From positions 17,124,464 through 17,188,463 of the forward strand of contig NC_043011.1 in the NCBI RefSeq assembly GCF_006345805.1: 64,000 nucleotides of DNA, given 5' to 3'. The notes beneath the pieces are model-generated. The model was not told the DNA's origin and did not search any database. It saw only the letters and a list, made by a program, of their open reading frames with translations. Shown here piece by piece: positions 23,821 to 35,989 of this stretch (the stretch's first letter is position 1; each line of letters begins with the position of its first letter). This stretch comes from Octopus sinensis (Eukaryota). The position numbers and the translations under genes are program-made.

Positions 23821-26800
23821 GACAACCCACCACACTGAGGAATTAGCAAGAAAAGCTTCCCTTCTACAGCCGATGTTGGCATGCTTGGGTGGTCTATCAT
23901 GTTAAGGGATGGACAGCCCATTTAAAGCTGGATGGACAGCCCATTTAAAGCTGGATGGACTCGATTATCATGTGATGAGCCAAAGTGTGGGTACCTAAAG
24001 GTAAAGAGCGAACATGTTTACTACACTAGTTTAGTAGATCATTTGAGCATCAGGCAAATGCCATGCAATAATTGTTGGAGCCCTTTAGGTCCTGCATTCA
24101 GATCCTGACAAGGTCAGCTTTGCATTTCCCCATTTTGAAGTTGATAAAATGAAGTACCAGTTATGCACTGGTGAGTTGGCAGGGGTGCAATAGAAATGAC
24201 AGTCTCCACCTCACAAATTTATTGCCTCGAAAATGTGTTAGAAATTATTATCTTTCGAACTTCTGTCTTACACTCAGTTGCCATCTTTTCAGTTCTACAC
24301 CAACAAAGCAGTTTTTCATATATCAAAGTTTTTCTCATTTTGATTGCACTCAGTTTGTTTCATTACATTTCATGGTACATCTTTTAATAATGATCAATTC
24401 ATGGTTCGCTAGTTTTTGTACATTATCTATTTTCACTCGTTATGTTTCATTGTTGTATGACAGCCTTTGCACTACAGTTTGCGTTATATATTTCAGTATA
24501 AGTAAACAGAGATAGATTCAAGTCTTTATGAATGAAATCCAAGGTTGAAAATATGAGTGAAAGGAAACACAAGACAGACAATTCTAGAATCATGATATTG
24601 ATTTTAATCTACTCATACACTCCTGTTTTCTGTTTTGTTTTCATTATTGCTTAGTCAGAGGAATGGAGCATTCAGTGTTCCTGAGGATAGTGGAGTGGTA
24701 GGAAGCTGTTTCCAGTCAGGAAATGTGACTCAAATGTTTGCAAGAGATGTTTGTGCCTATACTCTTTACTCTCTCTCTCTTTTACTCTTTTACTTGTTTC
24801 AGTCATTTGACTGTGGCCATGCTGGGGCATCGCCTTTAATCGAGTAAATCGACTCCAGGACTTATTCTTTGTAAGCCTAGTACTTATTCTATCGGTCTCT
24901 TTTGCCGAACCACTAAGTTAGGAGGACGTAAACGACACCAGCATAGGTTGTCATGCGATGTTGGGGGGACAAACACAGGCAAACAAACAAACGTAATTTC
25001 TCTGAAATTATCCCAAAACCAACGAGTGGTTTTAAGCTGGGCTACTGATTAAAATTACCACACACATTCATAAAGTTGCAAGTAAACATTTTATAGAAAT
25101 TTATTGATATTCAGACATCGACGAAAGTTTGATAATAAATATTTAAAGCAAAAAAGAAAAGTCACCGCGCATTATATGAATTATTAAATTTGTTATATGT
25201 AAACTCATTTAGTCTTGCTGTGAGGAATATTTTAAAGCAATTGAAAGTGTCAGAGCATAAACTGCCAAACTTGACCAAGTTTGCAGGTGATTTTGTTGCT
25301 CATTCTCTTTACTTTTGTAAATTTTGGCTGCAGAGAAGAACAAACTTCAGGCCAGTTCTAATCAAGTTGTATTCCAGACATGTCCATCTTATCTTACCTT
25401 TAGGCAATGTATCCAAGTCTACATTATTCCAGACAGTGCTTCTATATTTTTAAAATGGTGAGGTGTAGTTTAACATGAATGTGACTGCTATTGTTAGTAA
25501 ATCAAATGACCATGTAGATGCTCTTTCGCTGGCCTACCAATAGGATATCTCAGCCATTAAGGGAAAAATTTTAATCACGAAAACCTGGGAATAGTGTATA
25601 TAATTAAATAGTCTTGTATTTTAGCTGTTATATATATATATCTGAATTGTTATATCCCCTATGTTACCATCTATTCTTTAAGTTGTTTATTTATATTCTA
25701 TTAAGAACAGCTAAACAACTTGAGAAAACTTGAAAAGAAAATACTCTTGATGAAATAATCAAATCATTTATAAAAGAAACTCCACTTAAAAGGACTTGAA
25801 ATACATCAAGTGAGAAAACCTCGCCAAGTAAAATGTGAACATTATTGCATTAAAGCTAAGAAAACATGTCTGAATTTCTATGATGCTGCTAATGACCTTA
25901 ATCTAATTATAAAGAAGTAAGATTTCTTTTATATCATTCACTATACTACTGCTTATAGGTTCTTATTTACAAATTAAATTCCAAAAGTTGAAGAGTAAAG
26001 CTTCCAGACATAGTCTTAGGTAAGGCGACAACTTAAGTTTGTATTTTATTTCTAGTATCAGATATTTTCATCATTTTCATGTTAGAAGCACACAAATAAT
26101 AATATGGCTTGGACATTTCAAGTGCGGCCCCTTTGATTAGCAACCCCGTATAACAGATGCTACCACAGATATTTAATTTCCTGCTAAGATAGAATGAAAT
26201 AAGTTTTCTGTTTGATCCAATTATATTATGCATTGGCTATGACTGTGTGTGAAGTAGAAGATTTATGCTTCATATGTCCTAAATATTTAACAATTGTGTT
26301 ATTATGTTCTGATTTTTCTGCTACCCCTCTACTTAAAAGCAGGTTGGTTTTTGGTATTATAGTAATAATTATTTTCTCAAAACATGTCTGTCGTTTGGTA
26401 AGAGTTGCTTTATAAATATGTCTGTTTAAAAACATATATATTTGAAACATTGACACATATATGTTGGCTCTCTTCTATTTTCTTTTCTAAATAGGTTTGA
26501 TAATTTAATGGCATACCTACACAAGTGTGCCCCTGCTGATTTTGTTTCCTCATATCTTTCAGAAAAATGGATATTTTTAAATGAAATTTTGTACATATAC
26601 CGTTGAGATGGAGCAGATTACAATTATATCAGAATTTAATGTGAAGAAGAAACAAAAAGCAAGGGAAAAACTGTGGATATGCACACATAATCATGATACA
26701 CATCACATATACATCTACAAAATGAAACTTGAAATAGTGGTGGGCACACTTGTATAGTTATGCCAGTTAGATTTAATTCTATTCTTATTTGTGTTCTTTT

Positions 26801-27347
26801 TTTTTTTTTTTACAGAATGAATTAAAAAGGAATATAATACTCCTATATTCAAATACGGAAATGATTGTAACTTCAACAACTACAAACCATTTCTAGTTCC
26901 ACATTCTACTTCTTTTAACTGGCTTTCTATAAAAAGTTATAACTTAGCACATTCTTAAATTTTTAACAAAGTACAGTATCCTATACTTCTCCCATTATAA
27001 CTTCAAGAATGATTTACTTGGATCTTCATTCTTCCAATTAAGTTCTTTGTAAATTAGCTGATGCAAATGACTATATACGTCACAACCTCAAATTATTTCT
27101 AGAGCTAAAAAATCAGTTTTGATGTTGTAATCTACAACTAAGTCTGTGAACTAACAAAATTGTTAGCATCATTTCATCCCTCTTTATGTCCAGAGTTCAA
27201 ATTCTGCTAAAGTCAGCTTTGCCTTTCATCCTTTTGGTGGTGGTCATGAGGTGCTGATAAAATAAGTACCACTGATGCATTGGGATTGATGTAATCAACT
27301 AGACCCTTCCCCCAAATTTCAGGCCTTGTGACTATACTCATTACTCC

Positions 27348-27750
27348 CTCTCTCTTTTACTCTTTTACTTGTTTCCGTCATTTGACTGTGGCCATTCTGG
27401 AGCACCACCTTTAGTCGAACAAATCAAACCCAGGACTTATTCTTTGTAAGCCTAGTACTTATTCTATCAGTTTCTTTTGCCGAACCACTAAGTTAGGGGG
27501 ATGTAAACACACCAGCATCAGTTGTCAATTGATGTTGGAGGGAAAAAACACACACACACGCACACACATACATATACTTATATACACGACGGGCTTCTTT
27601 CAGTTTCCGTCTACCAAATCCACTCACAAGGCTTTGGTCAACCCATGGCTATAGTAGAAGACACTTGCCCAAGGTGCCACGCAGTGGGACTGAACCCGGA
27701 ACCATGTGGTTGGTAAACAAGCTATTTACCACACAGCCACTCCTACGCCT
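27348..27750 (-). mobile_element. SINE family B
   Basis: Full-length copy. Confidence 0.9.
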
Positions 27751-29509
27751 TGTTGTAATCTATGGAATTTCAGTTATTTTTTTTGAAATACGTAACTTCT
27801 CTTCTTTAGAAACTAAAAGACCTCATATACTTTGAGGCGCTCCTATTCACATTCCATATATAGGACTGTTATGCAACCATTCAGAATGCTAGAAATAACA
27901 GTTAAATTCTATCTCAATTACATCCTATCATCTTAAGTAAGGGAAATACGCATTGGACAATGGAGTTCTTCAGCCTCTATAAAGTCAAAAAAGGTAATGG
28001 CTGGAATGTCTTTGATCATAAATTTGTCGAATCAGCGATGACCTGCGGTTAAATAACAGCAACAACAGCTGATAGACCCTGAGGCGATTGCGAAGGAGCC
28101 CAGACTGGCACTCGAGGTGTGGGAGAGATGGCTGAGGATGGCGGAGAAGCAGGTGGTGATTGAGGAGCAGCACTAACCAACTATCCAGCCGGTAGTTGCT
28201 AAACAACAACAACAATAATAACTATTTCTTTATTACCCACAAGGGGCTAAACATTGAGGGGACAAACAAGGACAGACATAGGTATTAAGTCGATTACATC
28301 GACCCCAGTGCGTAACTGGTACTTAATTTATCGACCCCGAAAGGATGAAAGGCAAAGTCTACCTCGGCGGAATTTGAACTCACAAGCAACAACGTCACAT
28401 AAACTAGATGCACGTAGCCATACATTTAGTTCCACTTCAATTTGCCAACGATGCCAGTGTGTCCGTCAGTGAGAGTTGTGTGAAAACAGTTTTGAAAACT
28501 GAGCAGTGAATTTAATCAATATTGGAAATCGGCTGAATTCAAACAAACTAACCTTAAAACTATCTGTTACTTGCATCATCAGATACTGGTTTTATTAATA
28601 CTACTACTCATACACTTAACAACAGTAATGTTCAGATAGAAAAAAAATATATAGGAGAATGTAATAAATACTAATTTTCATGCTTTCTCATACGATGGGA
28701 AGATAGCTAGTAAAAAAATAAAGAAACAACGAAAGAAATAAAATCTGGTCTTAACATGTTACTCTAATTGACCTGACAATCTCAAAAGCAATCTTTGCCA
28801 TAAAACATGCAAAAACATTCCATCCCATGAATGATTTAATAAGATGGTATTTCTTCCTTTATGTGGCTTTCAAACAATAAATAAGAATATAAAATGAAAA
28901 ATGTTATGGCTTAGTCAGAGAAGGGACTGCTATGGCCTTGACCCTATACTTAACATTTAAACCAAGCGGGTAAATGAGAGGGTAAAAAGGCAATGAGTCA
29001 TATGCTGTTGGATTCAGAAGCTACACATCAAGATGCTGAGTTATGCTCTGGCTGGGGATGATGTCCGCAATGGAGTGGAATACTCTTTTAATGGAACTCA
29101 ACTGACAGGGTGATATTCAAGATGATGTATATGTATGTATATATCATCATCATCATCATTGTCATTTAACGTCTACTTTCCATGCTAGCATGGGTTGGAC
29201 GGTTTGACTGTAGGCTGGCAAACCAGATGGCTGCACCAGGCTCCAGTCTTATATGTATATATATATAATTAATCAATATAGGGTGGCAAAAAAAAAAAAA
29301 AAAAAAAAAAAATTTTGTAGAATTTTTTTGCCACCAGCGGCCTAGTGGGAAAAAATTAAATAGTCATAGACCATTTATAAGTTCAACATCACAATCAAGG
29401 AACGGCCATAATAGGCCATTCACCCACTAGAAATAACAGCCAAAGCTTCAACCGCAAAATAACATTAATTCCGCAAACCAGGAGAAAATTAAAAAACATT
29501 TACCCTGTA

Positions 29510-29616
29510 ATTTCTTATACGATGCACCGTTTCATCTACTGTTTAATGGTAAACTAACCTGATTAAATTAAATCAAGCCAATCTTCAATAGGCCCTTAGA
29601 TTCGTCAGTAAGAAAT
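29510..29616 (-). ncRNA. Type I hammerhead ribozyme (long loop II)
   Basis: ATTTCTTA-CTGACGA-ATCTA...TAGAT-GAAAC-GGTGCATC-GTA-TAAGAAAT: perfect 8-bp stem I, 5-bp stem II, near-palindromic stem III. Confidence 0.85.
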
Positions 29617-30358
29617 AGCCAGATTGGAACAGATATTTTCACGAGGCATTTCTGTCCCTGCCTCGGCAATATCTGACCTAAAATTTTCAAATCATCGCAC
29701 TCGCGCCAAATTTATCGGCAGCAAATAAATATAAGCCGCCGATTCCATTACGGAATCAACCAGAAAATTCATAATTAATCAATATAGGGTGGCAAAAAAA
29801 AAAATTTTGTAGAATTTTTTTGCCACCAACGGCCTAGTGGGAAAAAATTAAATAGTCATAGACCATTTATAAGTTCAACATCACAATCAAGGAACGGCCA
29901 TAATAGGCCATTCACCCACTAGAAATAACAGCCAAAGCTTCAACCGCAAAATAACATTAATTCCGCAAACCAGGAGAAAATAAAAAAAACATTTACCCTG
30001 TAATTTCTTATACGATGCACCGTTTCATCTACTGTTTAATGGTAAGCTAACCTGATTAAATTAAATCAAGCCAATCTTCCATAGGCCCTTATGTTGAACT
30101 TATAAATGGTCTATGACTATTTAATTTTTTCCCACTAGGCCGCTGGTGGCAAAAAAATTCTACAAATTTTTTTTTTTTTTTGCCACCCTATATTGATTAA
30201 TTATGAATTTTCTGGTTGATTCCGTAATGGAATCGGCGGCTTATATTTATTTGCTGCCGATAAATTTGGCGCGAGTGCGATGATTTGAAAATTTTAGGTC
30301 AGATATTGCCGAGGCAGGGACAGAAATGCCTCGTGAAAATATCTGTTCCAATCTGGCT

Positions 30359-30465
30359 ATTTCTTACTGACGAATCTAAGGGCCTATGGAAGATTGGCTT
30401 GATTTAATTTAATCAGGTTAGTTTACCATTAAACAGTAGATGAAACGGTGCATCGTATAAGAAAT
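30359..30465 (+). ncRNA. Type I hammerhead ribozyme (long loop II)
   Basis: Same motif in the inverted monomer; predicted cleavage after GTA at 30457. Confidence 0.85.
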
Positions 30466-30605
30466 TACAGGGTAAATGTTTTTTAATTTTCTCCTGGTTT
30501 GCGGAATTAATGTTATTTTGCGGTTGAAGCTTTGGCTGTTATTTCTAGTGGGTGAATGGCCTATTATGGCCGTTCCTTGATTGTGATGTATATATATATA
30601 TATAT

Positions 30606-31001
30606 CTTTTACTCTCTTTTACTTGTTGCAGTAATTTGACTGTGGCCATGCTGGAGCACCGTCTTTAGTCGAGCAAATCGACCCCAGGACTTATTCTTTG
30701 TAACCCTAGTACTTATTCTATCAGTCGTTTTTGCTGAACCGCTAAGTTACGGGGATGTAAGCACACCAGCATCGGTTGTCAAGCAATGTTGGGGGGACGA
30801 ACACAAACACACAAACATACACACACACACACACATATATATATACATATATACGACGGGCTTCTTTCAGTTTCCATCTACCAAATTCATTCACAAGGCT
30901 TTGGTCAGCCCAAGGCTATAGTAGAAGAAAGTTGCCCAAGGTGCCACGCAGTGGGAATGAACCTGGGACCATGTGGTTGGTAAGCAAGTTACCTACCACT
31001 C
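30606..31001 (-). mobile_element. SINE family B
   Basis: Near full-length copy. Confidence 0.85.
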
Positions 31002-31194
31002 AGTCATCAGACAGCAGCCATGCTGGGCTGCTGCCTTCTGGAATTTTTGTTGAATGAATAGACCCCAGAACTTTTATTACTCTTCAAGCCTTACTTATTT
31101 TATTGGTTCCCTTTTATTGAACTGCTAATTTATGGGGATGTAAACATACCAACATCAGTTGTCAAGGAGGGATCAAATGCAAAGATATATGTAT

Positions 31195-31597
31195 TTGTGT
31201 GGTAAGAAGCTTGCTTTCCAACCACATGGTTCCAAGTTCAGTCCCACTGTGTGGCACCTTGGGCAAGTGTCTTCTACTATAACTTCAGGCCAACCAAAGC
31301 CCTGTGAGTGGATTTGGTAGATGGAAACTGAAAGAAGACCATTTTATATGTGTGTGTGTATATCTATGTGTGTGTGTCTTTGTGTCTGTTTTTTGTCCCC
31401 CACCCCATCACCCTTGACAACTGGTGTTTGTGTGTTTATGTTGCTGTAACTTAACAGTTCAGTGTAAGAGACAATAGAGTAAGTACTAGGCTTTAAAAAA
31501 ATAAGTCCTCAGGTCAATTTGTTTGATTAAAACCCTTAAAGATGGTGCTCCAGTATGGCCACGGTCAAATGGCTGAAACAAGTAAAAGCATAAAAGA
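31195..31597 (+). mobile_element. SINE family B (older copy)
   Basis: Diverged full-length copy. Confidence 0.8.
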
Positions 31598-31643
31598 ATA
31601 ATATATATGTTATATGATATATGATTATAAAAGAATAATATAT

Positions 31644-31691
<48 letters not shown>

Positions 31692-31699
31692 TATGATCA

Positions 31700-32004
31700 T
31701 TACCAGCGTCGCCTTACTGGCACTCGTGCCAGTGGCATGTGAAAAAACATTCGAGTGAGGTCGTTGTCAGTGCCGCTGGACTGGCTCTTGTGCATGGCCA
31801 TTACCAGTACTGCCAGACTGGCCTTTGTGCCAGTGGCATCTAAAAGCACCCACTACACTCTCAGAGTGTTTGGCATAAGGAAGGGCATTCAGCTGTAGAA
31901 ACTCTGCCAGATCAGATTGGAGCCTGGTGCAGCCATCTGGTTCGCCAGTCCTCAGACAAATCATCCAGTTCATGTTTGCATGGAAAGCGGACGTTTGATG
32001 ATGA

Positions 32005-32005
<1 letters not shown>
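31700..32005 (+). mobile_element. Short interspersed element family C
   Basis: GGCACTCGTGCCAG subrepeats, GGAAGGGCAT core, (ATG)n tail. Confidence 0.7.
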
Positions 32006-32039
<34 letters not shown>

Positions 32040-32119
32040 GAATATTATTCCAAACTTACAGGGAAAAATTCAATTTAGAAATACTAAATCAAATTTTCCA
32101 AAATATATTATATATATAT

Positions 32120-32279
32120 AAATTAGAAAAAAAAACCCTACCTCTTATCAATTCAATAATGAAAATTAAATTATACTATCTAGCAAATTACATATAGAAA
32201 GATTAATATGTAATTTTCTAGATGGTATAATTTAATTTTTCATTATTGAATCGATAAGAGTTGGTTTTTTTTCTAATTT
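32120..32279. repeat. Foldback (~75-bp arms) in an AT-rich repeat also present at 51.9-52.2 kb
   Basis: AAATTAGAAAAAAAA...TTATCAATTCAATAATGAAAATTAAATTATAC pairs with GTATAATTTAATTTTTCATTATTGAATCGATAA...TTTTTTTCTAATTT. Confidence 0.75.
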
Positions 32280-32989
32280 ATATATATATATACTTACAAC
32301 AGGCTTCTTTCAGTTTTCATCAACCAGATCTACTCACTAGGCTTTGGTCAGCCTGAGGCTTCAGTAAGGTGTCACACAGTAGAACTTAACCTGGAACCAT
32401 ATGGCTTGGAAGCAAACTTCTTACCACACAGCCACTTCTTTGAAGTAGAAGAATGGTCACATAGCATTTATTCTGATGCTTTAATGATCCTGCATTGTCA
32501 TTATAAATATATCATTATGGTTTTCTGTAAGATGACATTTCTGTTGTCTCTTCATTTAATAATGTACTATTTAATGTTACTCAAATATTTCTATCCTTGG
32601 TTTTCTGTTAGCATTTTAATTTTTTTCTGTTTTAGTATTTGATTTGTGTGCATTCATAAATTCTTTATGCAGAGGTCGTCCTTGGAAAATACTTCTCTGA
32701 AAGTAATTTTTTTGTCAAATTCATTCCATACTTTGGAGAAGATAGGTTTGGAAGTTTATTTATTTATTTATTAATTTATTTATTTATTTATTTATTTGTG
32801 TGTATGTGTGTGTACTGTCCGATTTTATGAAAACATTTTCTCAAATTTGATTCAAGATGTTATTTTAGTAATGATTTAGATGAAATTTTACATGCTTAAT
32901 AATCGATGTGTACTCTTTAATAAAGTTTTATTGATTTCTTTCAGAATATAATTTTGAAGTGTAGAAATCCTTAATTTCAAACATGAAAA

Positions 32990-33990
32990 AAAAAAAAAGA
33001 TATGTCTTTACTTTTTTTTTTGCATGAATTCAAGCTTTGGCATAGTACTTTCCAAACAGCTGCCAATATCAACATAGCATTGGGTGAAGGTTCCACTAGT
33101 GATCAGATGGTATGCTGGTGGTTTGAGAGATTCTGTAGTGGGGATGAGAGCCTTGAAGATCAAGAAGGTAGAGGACAGCCATCCACCCTTGATGATCAGG
33201 TTTGGAAAACAATACAGTATTCTTGAACCTAACCGGAGCATTACATGAGAAGCTTACTGCAAGCAGCTGGAAGAAATGCATGTTCACTTGAGCAAAATGT
33301 CACCAGCACTTGAGACCTGCATTATTGATGTGATCCAGTTCTGCTCCAAGACAACACTCAAATACATGTTTACAGGACAACGCTGCAGAAGCTCACAGAC
33401 TTGGGATACAAGACTTTGCTGTTGTCTCAATGGTCTTGTGGGTAAAGACATGGACACAGCAACACACAAACCTCTTTAACAAAGGTTCAATCTTGAGTGG
33501 AGGCACATGGCCTAGTGGTTAGAGCAGTGGACTTGCGGTCAAGGGATTGTGGGTTCGAATCTCAGACCAGACGATGTGTGTGTTTATGAGCGAAACACCT
33601 AAGTTCCATGCGGTAATAGTGAAACTTCTGATGACTCTTTCGCCACAACTTTCTCTCACTCTTCCCTCCTGCATCTTGCAGCTCACCTGTGATGGACCAG
33701 CGTTCCATCCAGGTGGGGAACCTATACACCAAGGAAACCGGGAAACTGGCCCTTATGAGCCAGGCATGGCTCAAGAAGGAACAAACAACAACTTTACCAC
33801 ATCCTCTATATTCTCTTGATCTTTCACCCACTGACTACCACTTTCTCAAGCATCTAAACACCTTTTTAAGGAAAAAAAATCTTTCATTCCAAAACCAAGG
33901 CCGAAACCAAATTAAAGGACTTCTTTGCATCAGTACGTTTGGATTTTTGTTGAAGAGGCATAAATGACCTTGTTAATCGATGGGCGAAAT
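32990..33990 (+). mobile_element. Decayed mariner transposase interrupted by a SINE
   Basis: FLHEFKL.H....A.NIN.A.GEGS......WF.RF.SGDESLED.EGRG.PS (Mos1-type HTH) and LPHP.YS.DLSPTDYHF (catalytic C-terminus). Confidence 0.85.
33499..33792 (+). mobile_element. tRNA-derived SINE with V-domain-like motif
   Basis: A/B boxes (TGGCCTAGTGG, GGTTCGAATC), internal CCTGTGATGGACCAGCGTTCCATCCAGG, (AAC)n tail. Confidence 0.75.
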
Positions 33991-34317
33991 GCATAGTCTG
34001 TCACAGGCTTGTCATAGTCTGAGAAAGGCATGATCTGTCACAAACCATTCACAAAAAGGTCACTGAGATTCACCTTCTTGATTGCAACATTCTTCTTTAA
34101 ATTTCTCTTGAGTCTTGCATGTGCCATCCTGGTCTCCTCAAAAGCTGTCATTCCACTTCACACTTTTGATTGCCATCCAGCTCATTCTGAAGCAAGGGTT
34201 TCTAAGACATTTGGATCCATTCTAAGTGACTTCATGGTAGTCCTTATAGCCATCCTTAAATCTCCTTTTAGGTTTACACTGATTGTGTTTCTCTCTGCAA
34301 CCTCACCATTTGCCCTA

Positions 34318-34565
34318 AACTGCTGCTTTGTTGATTTAAGCAAGGTATTTGATACCGCTAATCAAAATGTTCTGTAGCTAATTCTAAGGAAAATAGGCTG
34401 CCTAGAAAGATTCGTAAACATGATCAGAGCTTTGCATTAAGATATGAAAGTTAGAGTTAATTTTGGTGGTAGGCTTTCTGAATATTTTGCTGTGGAAAAA
34501 TGGAGCAAAGCAAGGAGACCCTCATGCACCCACCCTCTTTACAATATACTTTGCTGCTGTACTGT
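34318..34565 (+). mobile_element. RTE LINE RT fragment
   Basis: FVDLSKVFDT.N...L..IL.KIGC..RFV.MIR.LH..M.VRV, then KQG...APTLF.IYFA. Confidence 0.75.
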
Positions 34566-34614
34566 CACATGCTTTTCAAAACTCCTAGGTGGGTATTACA
34601 TAGAATATTGAACA

Positions 34615-34639
<25 letters not shown>

Positions 34640-34648
<9 letters not shown>

Positions 34649-34870
34649 TTTTTATTAGAAATTCTTCAGACGGAGAATCAAATAATACCTATTATTCAGT
34701 TCTATATTTAAGAGATGAGGAATTATGTAAATTATTTACATTATTTACAATTGACGGATATTTGTCCTCATCTTGTTTCTTGTTAACATGTTTCGGCTGA
34801 TATACTCTCCAGCCTTAATCAGGTGTCTTCGGAAATTTTGAACCTGGGTTCTCATTTCTAAAGTATTTTT
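34640..34870 (-). mobile_element. Short PLE-like repeat with a broken minimal HHR
   Basis: Minus strand GACAC-CTGATTA-AGGCTG...CAGCC-GAAACATGTT; homologous to 35553-35750. Confidence 0.6.
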
Positions 34871-34881
34871 TGATGTTGTTG

Positions 34882-34930
<49 letters not shown>

Positions 34931-34942
34931 TATTATTATTAA

Positions 34943-35324
34943 TCTCTTTTTTCTTTTACTTGTTTCAGTCATTTGACTGTAACCATGCTGGGGCACTGCC
35001 TTCAGTCGAGCAAATTGACCCCAGGACTTATTCTTTGTAAGCCTAGTAATAAACGGTAATATCAAAAAGGAAAAGCCAAAAACAAAATAATAATATGCAA
35101 ATGAAAAGGCAAGAACATACATCAATACAATTGTCATATAATCTACAGAAAAAATATAAAGATTAGCAATAAATATAAATGAACTAAGAGAAAAACAATT
35201 TATGCTGCTAAATGTTTGAATTCTATCAGTCTCTTAGGCCAAACTGCTAAGCTACGGAGTCATAAACACACCAGCATTGGTTGTCAAGCGATGTTGTGGG
35301 GACAAATACAGACACACAACATAT

Positions 35325-35383
<59 letters not shown>

Positions 35384-35550
35384 GCATGACGATCTTCTTT
35401 CAGTTTCTGTCTACCAAATCCACTCACAAAGCTTTGGTCGGCCTGAGGCTACAGTAGAAGACACTTGTCCAAGGTGCCATATAGTGGGACTGAACCTGGA
35501 ACTATGTGGTTGGTAAGCAAGCTACTTACTACACAGCCACTCTTGCACCT
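34943..35550 (-). mobile_element. SINE family B interrupted by a 172-bp insertion (35049-35220)
   Basis: The SINE sequence GCCTAGTA|(ctta)|TTCTATC is split by an AT-rich insert. Confidence 0.85.
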
Positions 35551-35601
35551 ATATCGAAAAAATACCTTAGGAATGAGAACCCAGGTTCGAAATTTCCCTA
35601 A

Positions 35602-35647
35602 GACACCTGAAGAAGGCTGGAGGGTATATCAGCTGAAACGTTGTGTT
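35602..35647 (+). ncRNA. Minimal type I hammerhead ribozyme with an extra A after A9
   Basis: GACAC-CTGAAGA-A-GGCTG-loop-CAGCT-GAAAC-GTT-GTGTT; loopless palindromic stem III ACGT. Confidence 0.7.
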
Positions 35648-35989
35648 AACAACAAACAAGCTGAAGACAAATATCCGTCAAATGTAAATAAAGTAAATAA
35701 ATACCTTTTAATATTTAACCCTCTTTCTGAAGAACTTTTAATAAGAAATTTCTGATATGTTTATCGAACATGAGCCACTTTGTGATTTGTATGAGGAAAT
35801 AAAATATGTGTAATGGTAAATAAATAATACCAAAAATATTTCCAGATTCCTGTTTTGCTGTATAATAAGTCTCCACTGTATTTCCAGAATTTTGAGCTCT
35901 GATATGTACCTCACATCAGTACAACATCTACATCAACTTCGTATTGGATTGCAAAAGTAGAACAAGTAGTTGTGCTTCAAGAGAACACA

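Larger units (their letters stand above)
29266..30589. mobile_element. Retrozyme-like / Penelope pLTR-like array: ~1.65 tandem ~495-bp monomers plus one inverted unit-length monomer
   Basis: Monomer starts at 29266 and 29772; inversion junction at 30091/30092; copies are nearly identical; both outer ends lie in TA microsatellite. Confidence 0.85.

Noticed and set aside
27985-28215. GC-richer island with short open frames (AAPQSPPASPPSS... / ...EVWERWLRMAEKQ)
   Set aside because: No convincing splice-site pair or family match; may be a LINE relic.
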